A stretch of 64,000 nucleotides of DNA, from NCBI GenBank assembly GCA_964575305.1, contig CAZNPG010000004.1, forward strand, positions 5,647 to 69,646. The letters are read 5' to 3'. The notes below the pieces were generated by a model, which saw only the letters and a program-made list of their open reading frames with translations, was not told the origin of the DNA and searched no databases. The translations under genes were made by a program, and so were the position numbers. The stretch is from an uncultured Gammaproteobacteria bacterium (GTDB lineage: Bacteria > Pseudomonadota > Gammaproteobacteria > Magnimaribacterales > TMED112). Positions 61,107 to 64,000 of the stretch are shown one piece after another; within the stretch, counting starts at the first letter, position 1; every line of letters begins with the position of its first letter.

Positions 61107-62135
61107 ATGCAAATATATAAAAAAATAAGTTTACTATTATGTGCCGTATTATTTATTTCAGGTTGCACACCAACAAATGAAGTGAACATCTATACATCTA
61201 GGCATTATGATGTTGACGAAATTTTATACGCAGAATTTACAAAAAAAACTGGTATCAAAGTCAATATTATTTCCGGTTCAGGGGGAGCATTGATGGAAAG
61301 GTTGAAATCAGAAGGCTCAAATTCCCCTGGTGATGTATTTTTTACTGTAGACGCAGGTAATTTAGCAAATTTTCAAAAAGGTGGATATTTACAAAGCATA
61401 CAATCTCAATCTATAAAAAATTTAGTGCCTAAGGAGTTAAGAGGTGAAAATGATGAATGGGTAGCTATAGCAAAGAGAGCTCGAGTTATATTTTATAATC
61501 CAGACACCGTTTCCCAAGAAGAGGTCATGAATATCTCTTATGAAGACTTAGCTAGTCCTAATTGGAACAAACGTATAGTTATAAGAAGTTCTTCGAATAT
61601 GTATAACCAATCACTTGTTTCATCATTAATCTCTAATTTAGGTGAAAAAAATACTGAAGCATGGGCAAAAGCTTTTGTCTCTAACTTGGCAAGAACACCT
61701 CAAGGTAATGATAGATCTCAATTAATGGCTGTAGCAAATGGTTTAGCTGATGTTGCTATAGCTAATACTTATTACATTGGCATCATGTTGTCCGGAAAGG
61801 GTGGTGCAGAGCAAAAAGAAGCAGCCTCTAAGCTTAAGATTGCCTTTCCCAATCAAGACAATAGAGGAACTCATGTAAATATTAGTGGAGGTGGTGTACT
61901 TAAACATTCTCCTAATAGAGAAAATGCAGAAAAATTCTTAGAATTCTTACTTTCAAAGGAAGCGCAACAACACATAGTTAACAACACATTTGAATACTCT
62001 GTTCTTGATTCTATTGAACCCCATCCCATAATTGCTGGATTTGGTACATTCAAAATGGACAAGACATCTGTAGCAGATTTTGGTAAATACAATCCTGCAG
62101 CGGTAAAACTTATGGATAGGGCTGGCTGGAAATAA
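61107..62135 (+). CDS. Fe(III) ABC transporter substrate-binding lipoprotein (FutA/AfuA-like)
   Basis: Lipobox ISGC; YTSRHY, TVDAG, YNQSL, PQGNDR, ANTYY. Confidence 0.92.
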   Translation: MQIYKKISLLLCAVLFISGCTPTNEVNIYTSRHYDVDEILYAEFTKKTGIKVNIISGSGGALMERLKSEGSNSPGDVFFTVDAGNLANFQKGGYLQSIQSQSIKNLVPKELRGENDEWVAIAKRARVIFYNPDTVSQEEVMNISYEDLASPNWNKRIVIRSSSNMYNQSLVSSLISNLGEKNTEAWAKAFVSNLARTPQGNDRSQLMAVANGLADVAIANTYYIGIMLSGKGGAEQKEAASKLKIAFPNQDNRGTHVNISGGGVLKHSPNRENAEKFLEFLLSKEAQQHIVNNTFEYSVLDSIEPHPIIAGFGTFKMDKTSVADFGKYNPAAVKLMDRAGWK

Positions 62136-62182
62136 TTAATTTTATTTTATCAATTTGATAATATTGGTATCTAATTACATAA

Positions 62183-63793
62183 GTGAAAAAATTATTTAAG
62201 TTAAATCCGTGGGAAATATTCGCTGCTCTAATAGCTGCAATTTTTGCTATTCCCATATTGCTTATTTTTATAAGTCTTTTAGCTGGCTTTAATGAAAATT
62301 TTATCCATATTTACAACGTAGTTCTTTATGAATATTCAGTAAATTCACTTTATTTAGTACTGGGTGTATCAGTCCTAGTTATCATAATTGGTGTTATTTC
62401 TGCATGGTTAGTTACAAACTATGAATTCTTCGGAAAAAAAATCTTTACATGGGCATTGATATTGCCGCTAGCTATACCACCTTACATTTTAGCTTATGTT
62501 TTTACAGAGATATTTGAATATTCAGGTCCTGCAAATAGTATTTTAAGATCATTAAATTTAGTTTCTGAAGATTATGTCTTACCTAATATACGATCGCTTA
62601 CAGGAGCAATACTGGTCTTTAGTTTCACGCTCTACCCATACGTATATTTAATTACTAGAGTTGCTCTCATGAATGTTGTTAAGCCAATGTTAGATGCTTC
62701 AAGAATTCTTGGTCTGACAAAAATACAAACCTTTATAAAAGTAATTCTACCAATTATAAGGCCTGCAATTTTAGCAGGTGCTGCATTAGTAGTTATGGAA
62801 ACACTATCAGATTTTGGAGCGGTTCAACATTTTGCAATACCAACATTTACAACAGGGATATTTAGAACTTGGTTAGGCATGTATGACCTAATAACAGCAA
62901 TGCAATTAGCATCAATTTTATTGATTGTCGTATGTGTAGTTTTGTATTTTGAAAGATATCAAAGAAGTAAACAAAAATTTGCTGCCGCAGGTGTCAAGTC
63001 TGAGCCACTAAGTATTATTAAATTAAATGGATGGAAAAATTTGCTGGCTACACTATTTTGCTTCATACCAGTTTTTATAGGATTTATAATGCCAGTCATT
63101 GAATTAATACGTTGGGCTATAGCAATTGATAATAACTTTTCTAATAATTTTATTTCAGCATCTTTTAATACTTTGTTTTTAGCAGTTTTGGCTGCCTTGA
63201 TTACTTCTGTAATAGGCTTGGTATTAAATTTTAATGCAAGAATAGAAAACAAGAAATCTTCTGAGGAGATCAATAACTTCGTAGCTATGGGATATGCAGT
63301 TCCAGGCTTAATTTTAGCAATTGGTATTACACAATTTCTTACCTATATCGACTTCATTCTATTTAATACTGGAATAATTATTACAGGAAGTTTGTTAGGG
63401 TTAATATTTGCTTATGTCATAAAATCTTATGCTTTATCGAATAATGTAATACAAAGTAGTTACAAACAATTCTCTATCGATTTAGATGATTCTGCCAAAA
63501 CTTTAGGGTCTACAAAAAGAAACATTCTATTAAATATTCATGTCCCATTGCTGAAAACAGGCTTAATAACCAGTTTTTTATTAGTAGTTTCAGAAGTTGT
63601 GAAGGAATTGCCTGCTACTTTAATATTGAGGCCTTTTAACTTTGATACCTTGGCAGTTAATGTTTATCTGTTAGCATCAGAAGAAAGAATGTATGAGGCT
63701 GCATTTCCTGCATTGTTTATAATATTTATAGGATTGATACCCATATATTTTCTTTCTAAAATGATCGATCATTCAAGGATTGTTAATGAATAA
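62183..63793 (+). CDS. Fe(III) ABC transporter permease (FbpB-like)
   Basis: PLAIPPY, LYPYVY, ETLSDFG, KELPATLILRPFNFDTLA; GTG start. Confidence 0.92.
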   Translation: MKKLFKLNPWEIFAALIAAIFAIPILLIFISLLAGFNENFIHIYNVVLYEYSVNSLYLVLGVSVLVIIIGVISAWLVTNYEFFGKKIFTWALILPLAIPPYILAYVFTEIFEYSGPANSILRSLNLVSEDYVLPNIRSLTGAILVFSFTLYPYVYLITRVALMNVVKPMLDASRILGLTKIQTFIKVILPIIRPAILAGAALVVMETLSDFGAVQHFAIPTFTTGIFRTWLGMYDLITAMQLASILLIVVCVVLYFERYQRSKQKFAAAGVKSEPLSIIKLNGWKNLLATLFCFIPVFIGFIMPVIELIRWAIAIDNNFSNNFISASFNTLFLAVLAALITSVIGLVLNFNARIENKKSSEEINNFVAMGYAVPGLILAIGITQFLTYIDFILFNTGIIITGSLLGLIFAYVIKSYALSNNVIQSSYKQFSIDLDDSAKTLGSTKRNILLNIHVPLLKTGLITSFLLVVSEVVKELPATLILRPFNFDTLAVNVYLLASEERMYEAAFPALFIIFIGLIPIYFLSKMIDHSRIVNE

Positions 63794-64000
63794 AGAATTT
63801 TTAAAAATTACCAGGTTACATTATGAGATTGGGAATAAATTAATTCTTAAAGATTTAAATCTATCTGTTTGTGAGGGAGAATTCATCTCTATTATGGGTC
63901 CTTCAGGTTCTGGTAAAACATCTTTATTAAGGCTAATAAGTGGCTTGAGCAAACAATCTAAAGGCACTATTGCTATAAATGACAAGATTGTTTCAGATGA
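63786..64000 (+). CDS. Fe(III) ABC transporter ATP-binding subunit, partial at right edge
   Basis: Hand translation MNKEFLKITRL...GPSGSGKTSLLRLISG. Confidence 0.88.
   Translation, partial: MNKEFLKITRLHYEIGNKLILKDLNLSVCEGEFISIMGPSGSGKTSLLRLISGLSKQSKGTIAINDKIVSD

Overview
AT-rich, tightly packed chromosome segment of a streamlined marine gammaproteobacterium. It is probably SAR86-like, inferred from gene order (rne/rluC, metG/apbC, suhB/trmJ, queA-tgt-yajC-secDF), nhaB, a CTG-N10-CAG LexA box, three TonB-dependent receptors and minimal spacers. Contents: a beta-glucan/laminarin-type uptake locus (GH13, glk, SSS symporter, GH3, TBDR, GH16 lipoprotein), envelope glycosyltransferases, a plcP-agt-like lipid-remodelling pair, housekeeping and tRNA-modification genes, six tRNAs (Ala-GGC, Ser-GGA, Arg-TCG, Arg-ACG, Leu-CAA, Glu-TTC), bfr and an Fe(III) ABC operon. 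No integrase, transposase, prophage or CRISPR array was seen. Best candidates for new biology: (1) an unannotated module at 35447-35848 made of a near-consensus LexA box, a leaderless 54-aa ORF and a structured RNA with two long anti-Shine-Dalgarno complements; (2) loss of Cys metal ligands in RNase E, Tgt, ApbC and partly NudC; (3) ggt bracketed by two paralogous tRNA-Arg genes, one with the unusual UCG anticodon whose G1 is the last base of the ggt stop codon; (4) the same Fur-like operator in a repressing position at Fe uptake and an activator-like position at bfr. All protein calls come from motif recognition by eye; no database searches were run.
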